64,000 nucleotides of DNA from Tubiluchus corallicola (GCA_030141605.1 JAQGDQ010000980.1:9640-73639), one strand, 5' to 3'. Shown: positions 16,080 to 30,900, counted from the stretch's first letter. A program made the numbers and translations. Notes: generated from the letters alone by a model not told the origin.

Positions 16080-16812
16080 CCATCCATCCATCCATCCATC
16101 CATCCATCCATCCATCCACCAATTCGTACACCCACCTACCATCCATCCATCCATCCATCCATCCATCCATCCATCCATCCATCCATCCATCCATCCTGCT
16201 ATCCATCAATCCATCCATCCATCCATCTATCCATCCATCCATCCATCCATCCATCCATCCATCCATCCATCCATCCATCCTGCTATCCATCCATCCATTT
16301 ATCCATCCATCCATCCATCGATCCATCCATCCAGCCAGCCATCCATCCATCCATCCATCTATCTATCCATTCATTTATTCAACCGTCCATTCGTTCATGC
16401 ATGCATAGATTCATTCATTCATTCATTCATTCATTCATTCATTCATTCATTCATTCATCCATCCATTCATTCATCCATCCATCCATCCATTCATTCATCC
16501 ATCCATCCATCCATCCATCCATCCATCCATCCATCCATCCATCCATCTATCTATCCATTCATTTATTCAACCGTCCATTCGTTCATGCATGCATAGATTC
16601 ATTCATTCATTCATTCATTCATTCATTCATTCATTCATTCATTCATTCATTCATCCATCCATTCATTCATCCATCCATCCATCCATCCATCCGCTATTCA
16701 TTCATTTATTCAACCGTCCATTCGTTCATGCATATGTTCATTCATTCGTTCGTTCGTTCGTTCGTTCGTTCGTTCGTTCATTCATTCATTCATTCATTCA
16801 TTCATTCATTCA
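16080..16812. repeat. Compound (ATCC)n/(ATTC)n/(GTTC)n tetranucleotide repeat
   Basis: Direct reading, with ~190-bp higher-order duplications. Confidence 0.95.
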
Positions 16813-17776
16813 TATGTTCGATGTACTTTGTTACTTTAAGTTGGCATTTGATCAATAAAATACATGTAACATGTTTTTGATTTTGAACTTAACTACAATT
16901 GATTTGGAAGGAAAAATGGAATTCCCTTCTTAAGTTACCAGGCAATAAAATGAGTCAACTCATTATTCTTGTGGGCAACTTCTCAAGAAACTATTTTTTC
17001 CCTGAAAAGTTGCAACAACAATGAGGTACCCATTGTTATCGTCTCCAGTTCAATTTTGTTCACTGAAATACGGAAATTGAGCTACTAACATGTGTTACGG
17101 ATAGGCTTATAGATAATTAAACGGTTAGGAAACTAAATGTGAGACCTGGCGAGACATTGTTTTTTTCTTTAGGTGCAGGGTCTGTAACTTTAGGTTCCGG
17201 GACTGCCACTCTGACAGACCCGGCGCACTTTAAGCGCTGAATGTTGGCAACCTACCTTAAAAGCGTTTTTGAATTTTGCCTTTTGAACGCTGAATTGTCG
17301 CTTGTCACGGTTTCAACTTTGACCGAGGAATTAAGATTGTCTTAAATATACATGCCTCGAATAGTACAAGAATTATACCTTGTGTACCCAATTGTTGATG
17401 AAGCGAAGAAATTCACCAGAATATTAACTGTATATTATATCATACGTTATTTGGCTTCTAACTACTGAATTATACTTCGAAGTTGTTCCTAAATTCCGGT
17501 AAATTTCTTTGCTTTAGATGGCTTGATGATAAACAGTCATCTTTGTTCTATTTTCTTCTATTGTTCTATTTTCTTTGTTCTATTTTCTTTGTTCTATTTT
17601 GTTCTATTGTTCTATTTTCTTTGTTCTATTTTCAGAAAAACAAAAACAAAAAAAATGTCAGTAAAAAAATTCAAATAAATCTTATCACTATGGTATCATG
17701 CACAAAATTTAATGTGTTTGAACAATTTCGCGGGTAAACTTGTTTTGAATAATAATTTAGCAACATTTAGACTTTA

Positions 17777-18465
17777 AGCTACGACTCCATGGGCGCGTAA
17801 TGCGTAATGCGTGATCTGTGATCCGTAATGCGTGATGCGTATTGATTGTTTCCATGTGGTCCTAAACGCTATGCGTATTAACAAAATCCACAGCGTTTTT
17901 TTCGCTATTTTTGTCGCTATTCGCGAAATTGCAAGCATTAATTTATGGAAACCATGTCTCTGCTAAAATTTAACGGTGATGATTACAGCTGCGGCATTAG
18001 ATTATTATTGTACTGTTAGACGGAAAAGAAAACACAGGTTTTGGGTGCATAACATTTTGCAGGAGAGAGAACAATATGGCAAGTATCATCGTTTAATGAA
18101 AGAACTGCAGTTAGATGCACAACACATAACTACATGCTTCTTCCACCTCTCAAAAACTCAAATAGAAAAAATATGATTGTTTATAGGTCCTAAAGTGACC
18201 AAAACTCACCTAACTAGAATTTTTAGTAAGCTAAACAGCGAAAATAGTCACCGGAAAATTGAAAACTACCTATAACCACCTAGGCAACGGCGGTTTCCCG
18301 TCTGCGTGATGCGTATTCGGACGATAGCGATCACGTTCGAATGAATACTGATCACGCATTACGTACGCATGGAAACACTTCTAAATGTTTAAATACGAAC
18401 TGTTTTATACGCATTGCGGATCAAGCATCACGCATCACGCATTACGTACATATGGAGTCGTACCT
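17777..18465 (+). mobile_element. PIF/Harbinger deletion derivative with transposase N-terminal remnant
   Basis: ~40-bp imperfect TIR AG(C/G)TACGACTCCAT...CGTAATGCGT; TTA TSD (17774-76, 18466-68); ORF 17976-18176 RFWVHNILQEREQYGKYHRLMKELQLD..FFHLS resembles the Harbinger transposase N-terminus. Confidence 0.83.
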
Positions 18466-18686
18466 TTAGCCATCGTTACTAATTCTTGAAAATATGGAAT
18501 ACAATACGGGTTGTAATAAAGAGTGATGACAGTAGCATATAAAATACAAGCAAGTAATACAAGCGGCGTATAAAATACAAAATACAAATTTCTTTTATTT
18601 TCAGTGTATTGAATGATAATAAATACATTAGGCCGTTTTTCCACTGCGTCTGGAAAGACACGGAATTTCTCTAGATAATCCCCCAC

Positions 18687-19292
18687 TTCGCCAGTTATCT
18701 TTTCGCCAGTTACTGCTCGCCAGTCTACCTTTTCGTCAGTCTACCTGTTCGCCAGTCTACCTTTTCGTCAGTCTACCTTTTCGCCAGTCTACCTTTTCGT
18801 CAGTCTACCTTTTCGTCAGTCTACATTTTCGCCAGTCTACTTTTTCGCCAGTCTACCTTTTCGCCAGTCTACCTTTTCGCCAGTCTACCTTTTCGTCAGT
18901 CTACCTTTTCGCCAGTCTACCTTTTCGTCAGTCTACCTTTTCGTCAGTCTACATTTTCGCCAGTCTACTTTTTCGCCAGTCTACCTTTTCGCCAGTCTAC
19001 CTTTTCGCCAGTCTACCTTTTCGCCAGTCTACCTTTTCGCCAGTCTACCTTTTCGCCAGTCTACCTTTTCGCCAGTCTACCTTTTCGTCAGTCTACATTT
19101 TCGCCAGTCTACTTTTCCGTCAGTCTACCTTTTCGTCAGTCTACCTTTTCGCCAGTCTACCTTTTCGTCAGTCTACCTTTTCGCCAGTCTACTTTTTCGC
19201 CAGTCTAACCGAAAAGCTACACTGGCGAAAAAGTAGGCTGGCGAAAAAGTAGACTGACGAAAAAGTAGACTGACGAAAAGATAACTGGCGAA
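18687..19292. repeat. 16-bp minisatellite (CTACCTTTTCGCCAGT) with inverted copies at the right end (foldback-like)
   Basis: ~32 direct units, then ~4 inverted units; the termini TTCGCCAGTTATCTTTTCG form a perfect inverted pair. Confidence 0.88.
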
Positions 19293-19846
19293 ACGACATG
19301 CAAGCATTTTTTTGCGTGACTATCTCACACGAAAAGAATTGAAGCAATAGCCCGCCTTTGCAAATCATTGTTTTCCGTTTCCATTGCGTCCAGAAAAAAA
19401 GTCACATACACGCATGGATACGCACTTCAATTTCCAAACTTTCTTTCCACGGACGCAAAAGTTCATTTCTGTAGAGTTTAGACCTTCCTTCTGCGACAAA
19501 ATAATCCTAAATACAATTAGAGAGATTTAACAAGACAGGTGTGGGTTGAGGTCAATGATGTTGGAAGAACATTTAGTTTTTGATATTAATTACAATTTTC
19601 AATGCTAATTGCTATTCTTTGTTCCTCGCGTTTTGTCAAATTTGTGCTAAACATTTACACGCGCTATTGTCGCAGAATAGCGACCTTGTGCCGTTGATAT
19701 ACTGCTTTTGTAGAACATACAAGCCTATATTGAGCTTTCTTGAAATTGCATTGCATGTATGATAGATAGAGTTACAGTGGAGAAATTTGTAAGAGACAAA
19801 CTACGATCAGCTGCATAATAATAACAGCTATTTTTTTTTTGTTTAA

Positions 19847-20432
<586 letters not shown>

Positions 20433-21274
20433 TTAACAAATCAAAATGAGTCAAACTGTACGTCGTACAAAAACTTACAATATACGAACGTGCAAAACTT
20501 GCAAATGAATTTTTTTCGAAAAGTTGCAAGTTGCGTTCTTAAATAACTCCGATACTGTTCCTCATCCATTATAACTTGTCGAGAAATTCACGATATTCGA
20601 AAACTGGGTGTTGTTCGCTACTGCATTGCATATTTACCCATTTCCAAATAAATACTTCTTTCTCCTAGAAAAGCTTATGTCTAGATACCCTGCTAGCATC
20701 GCCGTTGCCGTTGCCGTATTGCCGATTATTATGTATTGAGTATGAATGCAGTGAAACAATTTATGCGAAGGTAAAATATTCGGACAGAAAAGTTTGTATT
20801 TGTGCCAGTCGGTTGACAATAAGACAACGACAGGAGGTATCAGTGTATAAACAAGCATAAATCAATTCGTTTCTTCACTTGACTGTTTCTCGTTATTTTT
20901 TGCATTGAACAGTACTGTAGTGAGAACCCCTTCCCAGTGCACGTGACGTAAGTATGACGTCACGCAAGTACTTAAGAGTCAGTCACACATCTTCCGTTAG
21001 TGGCTGCAGAACTCCCTATCCTCATCCTTGTTGTTCCCGCTTGTATATTATTGCAATTTATCATTATATTATTCTCGCTTTGCTTATTACACGTTATTAA
21101 TCAACTCCAATGTTGCTACTTATATGTGGCATTGAAGCTATTATTAACATCGTTTATTTTCGAACACACGTGTACAGTTAAATTACATAAGTGGTTCAAT
21201 TAAAGGAAATTAGTAGACTAGTCGTAAAAGTAAAAAATAAGAGTTAAACACTGACAACAACAACAGCAACAACG

Positions 21275-21312
<38 letters not shown>

Positions 21313-21331
21313 AACAACAACAACAACATTG

Positions 21332-21679
21332 GGTATCGACAATATGTGTAATATAAAATATGTAGTGTTTATAAAATATGTCGTGTTATCTATAGGTATT
21401 AGCAACACTGTGCAGCCAACTTGTTTCTGGCAAACGAGATTTGTCAAATGCTATAAATCACATTATGAATAAATTTTTTATCTGTATTACGTGTCTAATA
21501 AAGAGTTATTGCACATTATTATACATAACAATTGGATACTGTCAGAATACAAACACGGGAGGCAGAAAGAAGAAAAGAAAGAAAAACAGCAAAAAACGGA
21601 TAATGAAGAAAACAAAAAGAAGAGGAATGGAAGAAAAAGAAATCAGATGGAAAAACAAAAAACGAAGGATGAAATGAAA
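21332..21679 (+). repeat. Dispersed repeat (also at ~31412-31732 and ~40477-40797)
   Basis: Near-identical ~330-bp segment from tatcgacaatatgtgtaata to gatgaaatgaaa. Confidence 0.85.
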
Positions 21680-21705
21680 ACAGAAGAATGGAATGGGTGT
21701 GCAAA

Positions 21706-21839
21706 ACTTTCCCTGACCTGCAGTTTCTACTACATGTCACTACGCTAGTGCTATTCTTCTATAGCAAGTGCATTCTGAAACCCGACGAATCTAAACTAGA
21801 ATAGTCAATAAATTACTACGACGACTGCTGATGTTACTT

Positions 21840-21900
<61 letters not shown>

Positions 21901-22074
21901 ACTTTCCCTGACCTGCAGTTTCTACTACATGTCACTACGCTAGTGCTATTCTTCTATAGCAAGTGCATTCTGAAACCCGACGAATCTAAACTAGAATAGT
22001 CAATAAATTACTACGACTACGACGACTGCTGATGTTACTTCTACTACTAGTACTACTACTACTACTACTACTTT

Positions 22075-22128
<54 letters not shown>

Positions 22129-22132
22129 AACT

Positions 22133-22199
<67 letters not shown>

Positions 22200-22280
22200 A
22201 AACAAAAACAACAACAACAGCACCAGCAGCAGCAGCAGCAACAACAACAGCACCAACAGCAACAACAACAACAACATCAA
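21706..22280. repeat. ~195-bp tandem duplication ending in (CTA)n, followed by (CAA)/(CAG)n
   Basis: actttccctgacctgcag...gatgttacttctacta present at 21706 and 21901. Confidence 0.9.
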
Positions 22281-23117
22281 GTACGGATATTATTTACATA
22301 CAAGAAGACAAAGCAATTGATTTAAAAAGACACCACATATTCTAACATCTTCCTCAATTGATACTTTGATAAAAAATTAAAATTCCTCTTTTCTATACAG
22401 TCAATACAATCTTTTGCTAAGTTCATTGTCACTAGCTGAATGAAACTTAACTCTCATCTTTTTACAATTTTACGAGATAGTGTATGAAAATTTCTAAATA
22501 CATCTTCTAGTTCAACATTATTTTCTATAACAATTTTATACAAGTTGAAAGCCACTATTGAGTTTACGTCATACAGTGTATGTTTGGCTATAAAGTTAAT
22601 TGTCGAGTTACTACTATTTTACATGCTACATAGAATTTAAAAAACCTTTTTTCAAAGTGCTTACTGGCTGAACGGTACCAGCAATTGGCACCAATATGGG
22701 GACAAAATGTAAGTGTGCGCTCTGTACGGCATTTTCCATAATTTACGGTATATTCCAAGCTGTATCAATTAAAATGTATTTTTGAATTTTCTAACTCCCA
22801 ACTCGTAACCGTAATGTCCTAAACAATATGTTTCAAGTAGTTTACATTTATCAGAACAAGTCAGAAGAAGCAAATGGAAAATTGGCACATATACTATTGG
22901 CATGGTAAATGAAATCGCCCCGTTTACTAAGAATATCAGCATCACGTTAAATTATTATTAGATATGGATATGAATTTACACCCATCGCAAGAGTGTCTCC
23001 TGTTAAAAACTTTGTGTTTTAATAAGGTTCTGAAAGCGGAGAAAAACAATCGTATTACACATTTGTAATTAAAAACGCTAACTTTCAAATGGAGGTAGAC
23101 ATTTTCTATCTTTAAAA

Positions 23118-23660
23118 TCATCATCATCATCATCTCTGGAGTCACACGACGTTTGACATGACCCTCCTGATCACTTTACTCCATGCTGCCCTGTCACCCG
23201 CAACCTCCCATGTCTCTGTATTTTTGATATCTAATGGTGTGTTGATAAGATCTTTTCAGATGAAATTAATGTAAGTCAGCAGCAGCTGTCTTCCTTGTAG
23301 TTTCTTTTCTTTCTGCAGTGCTTCCCTTAAACCTAACTTTAATGGACTGTCATCAGGCAGTCATATAGCATGTCCTATCCATCTTAATCTTCTACTTTTT
23401 ATTTTAATTGTCCATTCCTCTGCGTTGACTTTGTTGTACAGATCCCGGTGTGATATCTTCTTTGGCTAATTTATTCCCGAATGTTCCTGTAGTTTCCTTT
23501 TTGAAATGCATAATTTCTGATTCGTGTTGTGTTTTGATTGTCCATAATTCTGAGTTATAGAGAAACAGTTTCCACAAGTGCAGCAAAGATTCTTAATTTT
23601 GTATCTAGACTGATCCTCTTTAAAAATCGTTTCGTGAAGTTTTTTCTTCAAATTTTTCAA
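23118..23660 (-). mobile_element. Degenerate RTE-clade LINE 3' fragment
   Basis: Minus-strand peptides FLYNSELWTI and KRRLRWIGHAI*LPDDSP..DRAAW, with stops and frameshifts, and a (GAT)n tail. Confidence 0.7.
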
Positions 23661-24223
23661 ACCCTAACGGTTATTCAGCAAGTAAGGTACATGAGCATAA
23701 TACGTTTTCACTTTGTTACAAAGTGACAAAGAATGACAATGACCTAAATTAGCAAAATGTCGCGTCAACAGAATTTTCAATTTCCTTAATTGGCATGTTT
23801 TAACAATAGACATTCTCCGAAAGGGCCCATCTAAACTGCACCACTTCTACATTTATGCAAAAAGATTTTTTTCATTTCTGGCAACGATAATAAGCAATTC
23901 AGCTATAAAAAAAGGCTCGAATCACTTTTGGAAGTGATATACTAGTACTAACACGCAAGCATTGGCATGCTAGAATGTTTAAGTGTTTGTAATTACTGGG
24001 AACTACAAAAGGCACGCCACCGGTAGATAACTCCATGTTCTTTTGATAATTAGTGACGCTAATAACGTCGATGTGAAACAGTTGGCAACAGCTTTTCGAC
24101 GACCTGCTTATATGACAGATATTTGAAAGTGAAAATAGAACAGCCAGCGGGTGCAGTTGCATTAGTCTTGACTTTGACAATGACAGATTTTAAAATAGGC
24201 TCTCAGACAATGCTCGGAGAAGG

Positions 24224-24297
24224 TATAAAAGAGCGACTGGAAGATGAAGAAAGTATCAGTTCCACAGCTGCGACGGAAGTAGAACCAGCAGTAACAG
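24224..24297 (+). promoter_or_regulatory. TATA box, Inr and non-coding exon 1 of the Gly/Tyr-rich gene
   Basis: TATAAAA 24224-30, TCAGTT 24256-61, CAG|gtaaga donor at 24298. Confidence 0.72.
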
Positions 24298-24469
24298 GTA
24301 AGAAAAGCTAGTTATCACTCTCTTCTTTATCAGATTCGAGTAACTTCTTTTTCTGCGTTTTGTTTACCACAGAAAAACGTTGGCTAATTTTGGTTATTGG
24401 AAAATGACTCAGTCATATAAACGCAAGAAAACAATTCTAAATAGTGAAGTTTGAAAAAAATTTAATTTT

Positions 24470-24520
24470 GCCCCTTCACTGGGACTCGAACCCAACGCCT
24501 GTTTTTCGGGCAGCCGTGCA
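24470..24520 (-). mobile_element. tRNA-derived SINE fragment (similar piece at ~51900-51940, plus strand)
   Basis: B-box GGTTCGAGTCC preceded by CGAAAAACAGG; no complete cloverleaf. Confidence 0.35.
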
Positions 24521-25077
24521 GCACATTTTGAATTTAGCGGCTTGGAGTACCCCAAATCTCTCTATTCTGCTGATGCAGAACAGGGAGATTCAAGATCAGT
24601 TTTATTTCATATGGCTTATTGAAATTCCAAACTTAAAAGTTTTGATTCATTTTAATTTAATTTATTTCGTTCATGGATCTTGTAGTAGTGTAATAATGCT
24701 TGTTGCTGTATGTTCTACCTTGCTTATTGTTCGTAAAAAATTTTATATTTTGTAGTTTTATGCTGTACTGTAATTCAACCTTTTCGTGATGATAAATGAT
24801 GATCAACCTTAATGATGATAAATAATAAATAAACTTATTATTATTATAAATTTGACTTCATATAAATTTTGTATTAGCGGAATAGGTGTGTTTTTCTTCA
24901 TAACTGTTAGCTTCAGAAGTTTTATTGTAAATTATTGTCTGCAGTGGAGAACCGGTTTGATCACGTGACTCGAAATTGTTGCAATTACGTCTTCTAGGCA
25001 TAGGCGTCCTTTTAGCAGTAAGTTTTCTGTTGTTCTTATGTTTCTTCTTCTTTTTTTTCAACAGGCCACGTACCATC

Positions 25078-27183
25078 ATGAGAACGCTCATCATCACCCT
25101 CGCCATTGTGGCGCTTGCCCACGCTGAAGGTTACACCCAGGGACCCGAGTACTACACCACTGACATCCTGGGACCATTCGCCAACGCCCGGGCTGCTGGA
25201 GCTGGACAGAAGAGTGCTAGCAGCAGCTACACAAGAACTGGACAAGCTGCTGGTGCCGATTACGCCGCTGACCAGGCCAGCGCCGCCGAAACTGCGGCCA
25301 AAGCACGTGGCTATGACTACAAATACAGGTAATATATCATTCTTTTCGTGCAAAAAGTGTCATTTAGTCTCAATTTTGTTTTCACAAGAAAAAACCCACT
25401 GAAAATTCCCAATAGCAGTTATAAAACTGGAATATGGCTCCCGGAATGGGAAACCTCACTAAATGACTAACTAATTACTATGGTGAACATTCCGTGGTTG
25501 TATATGATGTAATATTGCCAGCATCGCAAGAGTGCACCCTTATGTTAAATGCATCTGTTTTTGTTACTTTTGCCTAAATGGTCTTCTTTTGGAACAAAAT
25601 GATTTTGTTCGTTCGTTTTAGTAAATACCTCGCACTTTGTTATTATAAATCTTGTAAAGCTTGTATTGCAGTTTCGGTTTTTAGCTGCAGACAACTAATG
25701 ATGTAAAACTAAATAATCATTAACAAAAGTTCAAAGGTCAGCACGGTAAAAAGTCAAAAGACAACAACCCAACCTGCGCATAACAGCCGTTCCCGAGGGT
25801 TAGGTTCCAAAACTGTTAAGAAATTCCGCTTTTTGGCACTTTTGTTTAACTAAGTAATTTGGTTTTATGTCTCTTTTTGTTGCTGTAATAATTAAACTCA
25901 TTGCCTGTCTTGCGATTTAAATCAGTTTGATAATACGTTTAGTTTGTGAAAGTATCTTTGTTCAAACTTTTTTTATTTAACCCACACCACAAGTTCATAA
26001 TTTGGAGACATTATACATGGTTTACATACAAGTGTGGGTTGAGGGACCCTTACTTGGCACAAACCCGCAAACCGTACGGGCCACCCAGCCATTAACATAA
26101 ATAGCAAACAATGGAATACAGTTGTTTGATCGATGGGCACAAATGGTGACGAAACAATGATGATCAGTGAACAATTTATGTTAACTATTAATACTATTAC
26201 TCTATAGGATTTTACCGATTGAAGTATGAACATGCATAACCTGAAGTGAAACAATAATATAGCTCATATGGGATCAACTTAATTAACGACGACTTAATTA
26301 ATAAAGTTCGCATACATAGCAACTGTCAAGTATACAAATATCTGAATAAGTATTATGGAAAAATTATTTACAATGCTTGATGAAGGGTTTATAACAATGA
26401 GTATGAACTTTATCAGTTACGTGACTTGTAAGATTATTAACTAATGAAAAAATGATATACACCAAAGAACGATTTGAAAATGTTAATGTAAGTTAGGTGG
26501 ACGTGTAGTTTCTCTAGCTCTTGTAGGGTATTCATGGCAGTCAGTTCCTTGCGTTATGGGTAAAATGTGCCTATTAACACTGATGTAGAAAACAAAGAAT
26601 AATTAGTCTGTAAATTCTGTTCTTTAAATACCCGCTTTTTGTGGCAATGTATTCATCGTGTTACTGTGCGTCTCTACCATGATCATCATTGTTTGTTCAC
26701 AGGGCTGGATTCAGCTTCTACCAACCCAAGCTGTTGTACGCCTACGCATTTGATGGTGACATCGTTGGAGTTCGTGACGTCAACCCAAGAATCCCCAACG
26801 TTGACACCAACGTTCGTCTGGCTGACATCAGGGTCGCCCCAGTTAGATACCCAGGCCTGCGTAACGTAGCCGTTGATGGTGATGGAGATGGTATTGCCAT
26901 CGCTGGCGGACGGCGTGGAAGAATTGCCGGATATGCTGGCGGATACGGTCTTGGTGGATACGGAGCCGGTTATGGTGCTGGTTATGGAGGTTATGGAGCC
27001 GGTTATGGAGGAGGTTATGGAGGAGGTTATGGTGCTGGTTATGGTGGTTATGGTTTGGGAGGATCTGGTGGATACGGCTCTGGTTACGGATACGGAAGAG
27101 GTTATGGGTATGGTGGCCTTGGAGGTCTTCGAAGACATGGATACGGCTATGGCCGCAGAGTTGGTCACGGAAAATACTATTAA
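25078..27183 (+). CDS. Secreted Gly/Tyr-rich structural protein, 243 aa, join(25078..25328,26703..27183)
   Basis: Acceptor acag|g at 25065; signal peptide MRTLIITLAIVALAHA; phase-2 AG|gtaata...cacag|G intron joins in frame; C-terminal GYGAGYGG repeats ending RRHGYGYGRRVGHGKYY*; AATAAA at ~27191 and ~27399. Confidence 0.9.
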
Positions 27184-27754
27184 AAAATTAAATAAATCAT
27201 AATTTATTTAAAACTGTGATAATCATTTGCATCACATACCATTGTTTGCATTGTAAATGTAAAGTGCAGTCACTTTTTATTATTGTTTACTAACTTAATG
27301 TGTCTCTTTTAAGCTCAAAGCCTATGAATGTCACACTTTGTGCTTTGGTAGCCATTTTGACATTCAAGTATCTCGTACGCATGCGTGGAAAACTGATCAA
27401 TAAATGTATTCATTTTATTATGCAACAAAACATTACGCTTTGTTTCTTCTTTTAGTAAACAACTTCAACAAAATGTGTAGATTACATGAATTATGAATTA
27501 TGAATTTATTCCACAGCAACTCAAACATACATATAAATTGATGTGTTACAACTTCTAAACTACATAATTTTAAACGAAGCAGCATTTAGAGCAACTCAAA
27601 ATTCATTAAAAATAGAAGCTTTGCAATAATGAGAGCAGAAAGTTACAGATCTGCTAATTAAATGCTTGAAAATTATTTTTGTTTGAAGTGATTTCACTGC
27701 TAAGCCTTAAACTTGAACTTACTGTAGAGAGTAAGCCACCATTTTTTATGACGG

Positions 27755-27801
27755 TACTACTGCTACTACTACTACTGCTGCTGCTACTACTACTACTACT
27801 A

Positions 27802-27893
<92 letters not shown>

Positions 27894-27945
27894 TTACTAC
27901 TACTACTACCACTACTACTACTACTAATGCTACTGCTGCTGCTGC
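27755..27945. repeat. (CTA)n microsatellite
   Basis: Direct reading. Confidence 0.95.
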
Positions 27946-30900
27946 AGATCAAGTCTGTAGGTAAATACATTACTTCGCAAACATCATTTTACTAGCAAAA
28001 TATTGCTGAATATCATACGTTTCATATTCATAGTTCCTTTTCCAACAATTTTTATTTTTATTTTTTTGAAACATAAGCCATAGCAATCAACTGTGAAACA
28101 TTGAATGATTTAGTCTTGGCCTTTCAGAGGAGAATGAGTCACATTAGGAATTGAAACTTGTTTGGTCTGTTCAAGAGTATATAACAATTAGGTGTAACGT
28201 CAGGTAATAAAGTATTTTCATTCTGTAGGAGATTTACATACAGATAGTTATCACACAGTGAATTGCGCAAACCAGTTGTGCAAGAGGCATTTCAGTTTCA
28301 ACAGGTGGCAAAACAAGTTAGACCGAGTACCTCAAAGATATGACATACAAGCGGACATATTTCTCGAAATAAATTAGTCACTTTATTGGTCATTTTACAA
28401 AACAAACCTGGAATTCATTTTTGAAACATTTCTGAATGCCTACTACATTTTTTGCAAAATGTTCATGGAATGTTTTAACAGTGTTGCACGCATGCTAAGT
28501 ATTTGCAGCAACAAACAAACTCGAATAAAGTAGCATTCTAAATAATCAATCACACACAAAGTTTTTGACAAAGATAGCGCAAAGACTTCACCAACTACTT
28601 ATATTACCGTCCAATCAACACTCCACAAATGGAGAGCGGCTTCCCTTCAAGTGTGGAACCTCCAGTCATGATGAAAGCATTACTGCAGCTCCCAGCAGGT
28701 GTAGAAGTTGAACAATCGCATGAAAACGAGCATTTACGACGATCACCATACTCAAAAGACAACACAGTGTCTTCCAGCAGCGTACAGTGTCTACAAAAGA
28801 AATGCTTTATGGTTCAATTCAAAATATTTTGAAATAGTGAAAAAGTTTGTTAGTGTTAATTTCGTCACCATAGTGGCTTTTTCTTTGTTCTTTTCAGGAT
28901 TAAGTACATAACTAAATGAATTATTCCAACTTACACGTAATGCAAGTAAAAACGTAAATTGGTTTTTCCAAAAGTTAAAGGAGAATGTAGCGAGGCAGCT
29001 TGCTTATTCGATTTTTCTTTGTTCTTTATTATGTATTTAGTCTCAAAGGGCTATAAGCTCACTTAAAGTACCCAAGTTTTTGAAACCAAAGGACCCGTCA
29101 GATGGCTCTTGCGGCTATAACTGTAAAGGCACCCAGGTGACCCTCCGCGATTTTCCAATGGCTTAGCATTCCAGATGCTTTAGTACTACCCGCTCCTACA
29201 TTTCATTGCTGCCAGACTTAAATCAAATTTACTTTTCTGCTTTTTCCGCACGAGTTCCGCAACTTTTGCTACCATTTTAAAACAGGCTTTTCATTCGTTA
29301 CTTCCCCTGAATGTACAACTAATACTTTAACCACGCACTACACGTTCATCATCGTACACTTACTTGAACAGTCCAAGAAAACTGTCCTGATCGTTAGAAT
29401 CCATTTTGGTCATAGCAATGGGTTGCGGGTCACCATTGCCTTCCGGCATACGGTAACAACTTGAGTTTTGCTGCATATAGATGAACAAGTAAAACTGGGA
29501 AAGATTATTCAAAGGCTTCCTGAACGTGACTCTGGTGAAGTATAAATAACTGTAGTAAATGGGTGTGAAAAGAATTGGCGTGTCACATATTTAACATTAA
29601 CTAGTTTCAATATTTCGATGAAAGACTAATGTAAGTTTATGACAGCTTATTTTAGTTTTAAGGGGAGCATCTATAGAAAGAAAATTGGCATTTTTACTGT
29701 TTCTGAAAATTAAAATATATGATCTTAGAAAACATTATCCTTTGATAAAATAAGCCTTCTCACAATTTGGACAAGTTGCATCTACTAGAAATATTTATTA
29801 GAGTCACCAACGTACTGTGTAATAATACCTTTTAAGGAACTTAGTGTACGAAGTATAGTGGACCAACAAATTATAACAGTGGTCCAATATGTTCGAAAAT
29901 TGTCTATTATACACGCACTTTTGTTGGGTCACTAATAAATTTTTGAGGTTTTGTTCTTTCTTCAAACAAGAGTTAGTTAACTAAGAACTTCGGTAATTGG
30001 GCTTTCACAGAAATAAGTTTTCAGAAACTTAATTGCCATTTAGTTTCAAACATCTGATAAATCGGTTGTGCCAAAACCATTAAAGTTACGTAATTGAACA
30101 ACCTCTTTTTCTATTCGTCGACTATTATATCAAAGAAAATTCAAAATGATTGTGTACCTCTGTGTGTATTTGAAGCCCTGATAAGTGAAGCAGGTTTCCG
30201 CCGACAAACCTCCAGCATTGCTGATGTCACCCAAAATGGTGATGAAATTTCTTGGATCTGGAATCAATTCACTTCTTGCGCATGCTGCAAAAATTTCAAG
30301 TAAATGTTCCTTTTGTTGAGCGGCAACACTATCAATGGTTTTACCTCCAATTTTGCCTTCAAAAAGGTGAAATTGGTTGAAGCGTGCCAGTACTGTATAG
30401 AAATAGGTTTTTATTAGATTGTTTCTTTTATTACTGCGTTGACATTTTTTAATATGCCAAAAAGTTTAGCCACCAATAGTTTTTTTATTATTATATAAAT
30501 TTATTAAGAAAATGGAAAAAATAAATGAATAAGGAAGTACATTACACAAACGTTGCGACAATCAAGTGTGCAAAACAAAACTACAAAAATGGCTGGAAAT
30601 TCTAAGAAAAATAATAAAAGTGAGTGTCATAAAAAGTTAAATCGATAATAAATATAAAAATAGCACGTCATTTTTTACAATCTCTCAGTTGAGCACTTTG
30701 CAAAAATTAATCGTTGTTGCAATTTGTTTGGGTATTGAAATGGAAATGAGCGCTAGTTGTCTGTGGGGGCTATAAGCTTATTAAGGGCACCCTGGAAATT
30801 TCAACGCTGTCTCGTTAGGGGTCGCGCAGAATCAACGAACAGGAATACAGAAACAATAAGCCCTTACATCAGTGTGATCTCCATTTACACCGTCAAAATT

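Noticed and set aside
20941-20965. CRE-like sites (TGACGTAA, TGACGTCA) as a cAMP enhancer of TAT
   Set aside because: TGACGTCA also occurs inside nearby MITEs, is expected by chance and lies far from the inferred TSS.
26686-27202. Antisense and alternative-frame ORFs over the Gly/Tyr exon
   Set aside because: Shadow ORFs caused by the repetitive Gly/Tyr codons.
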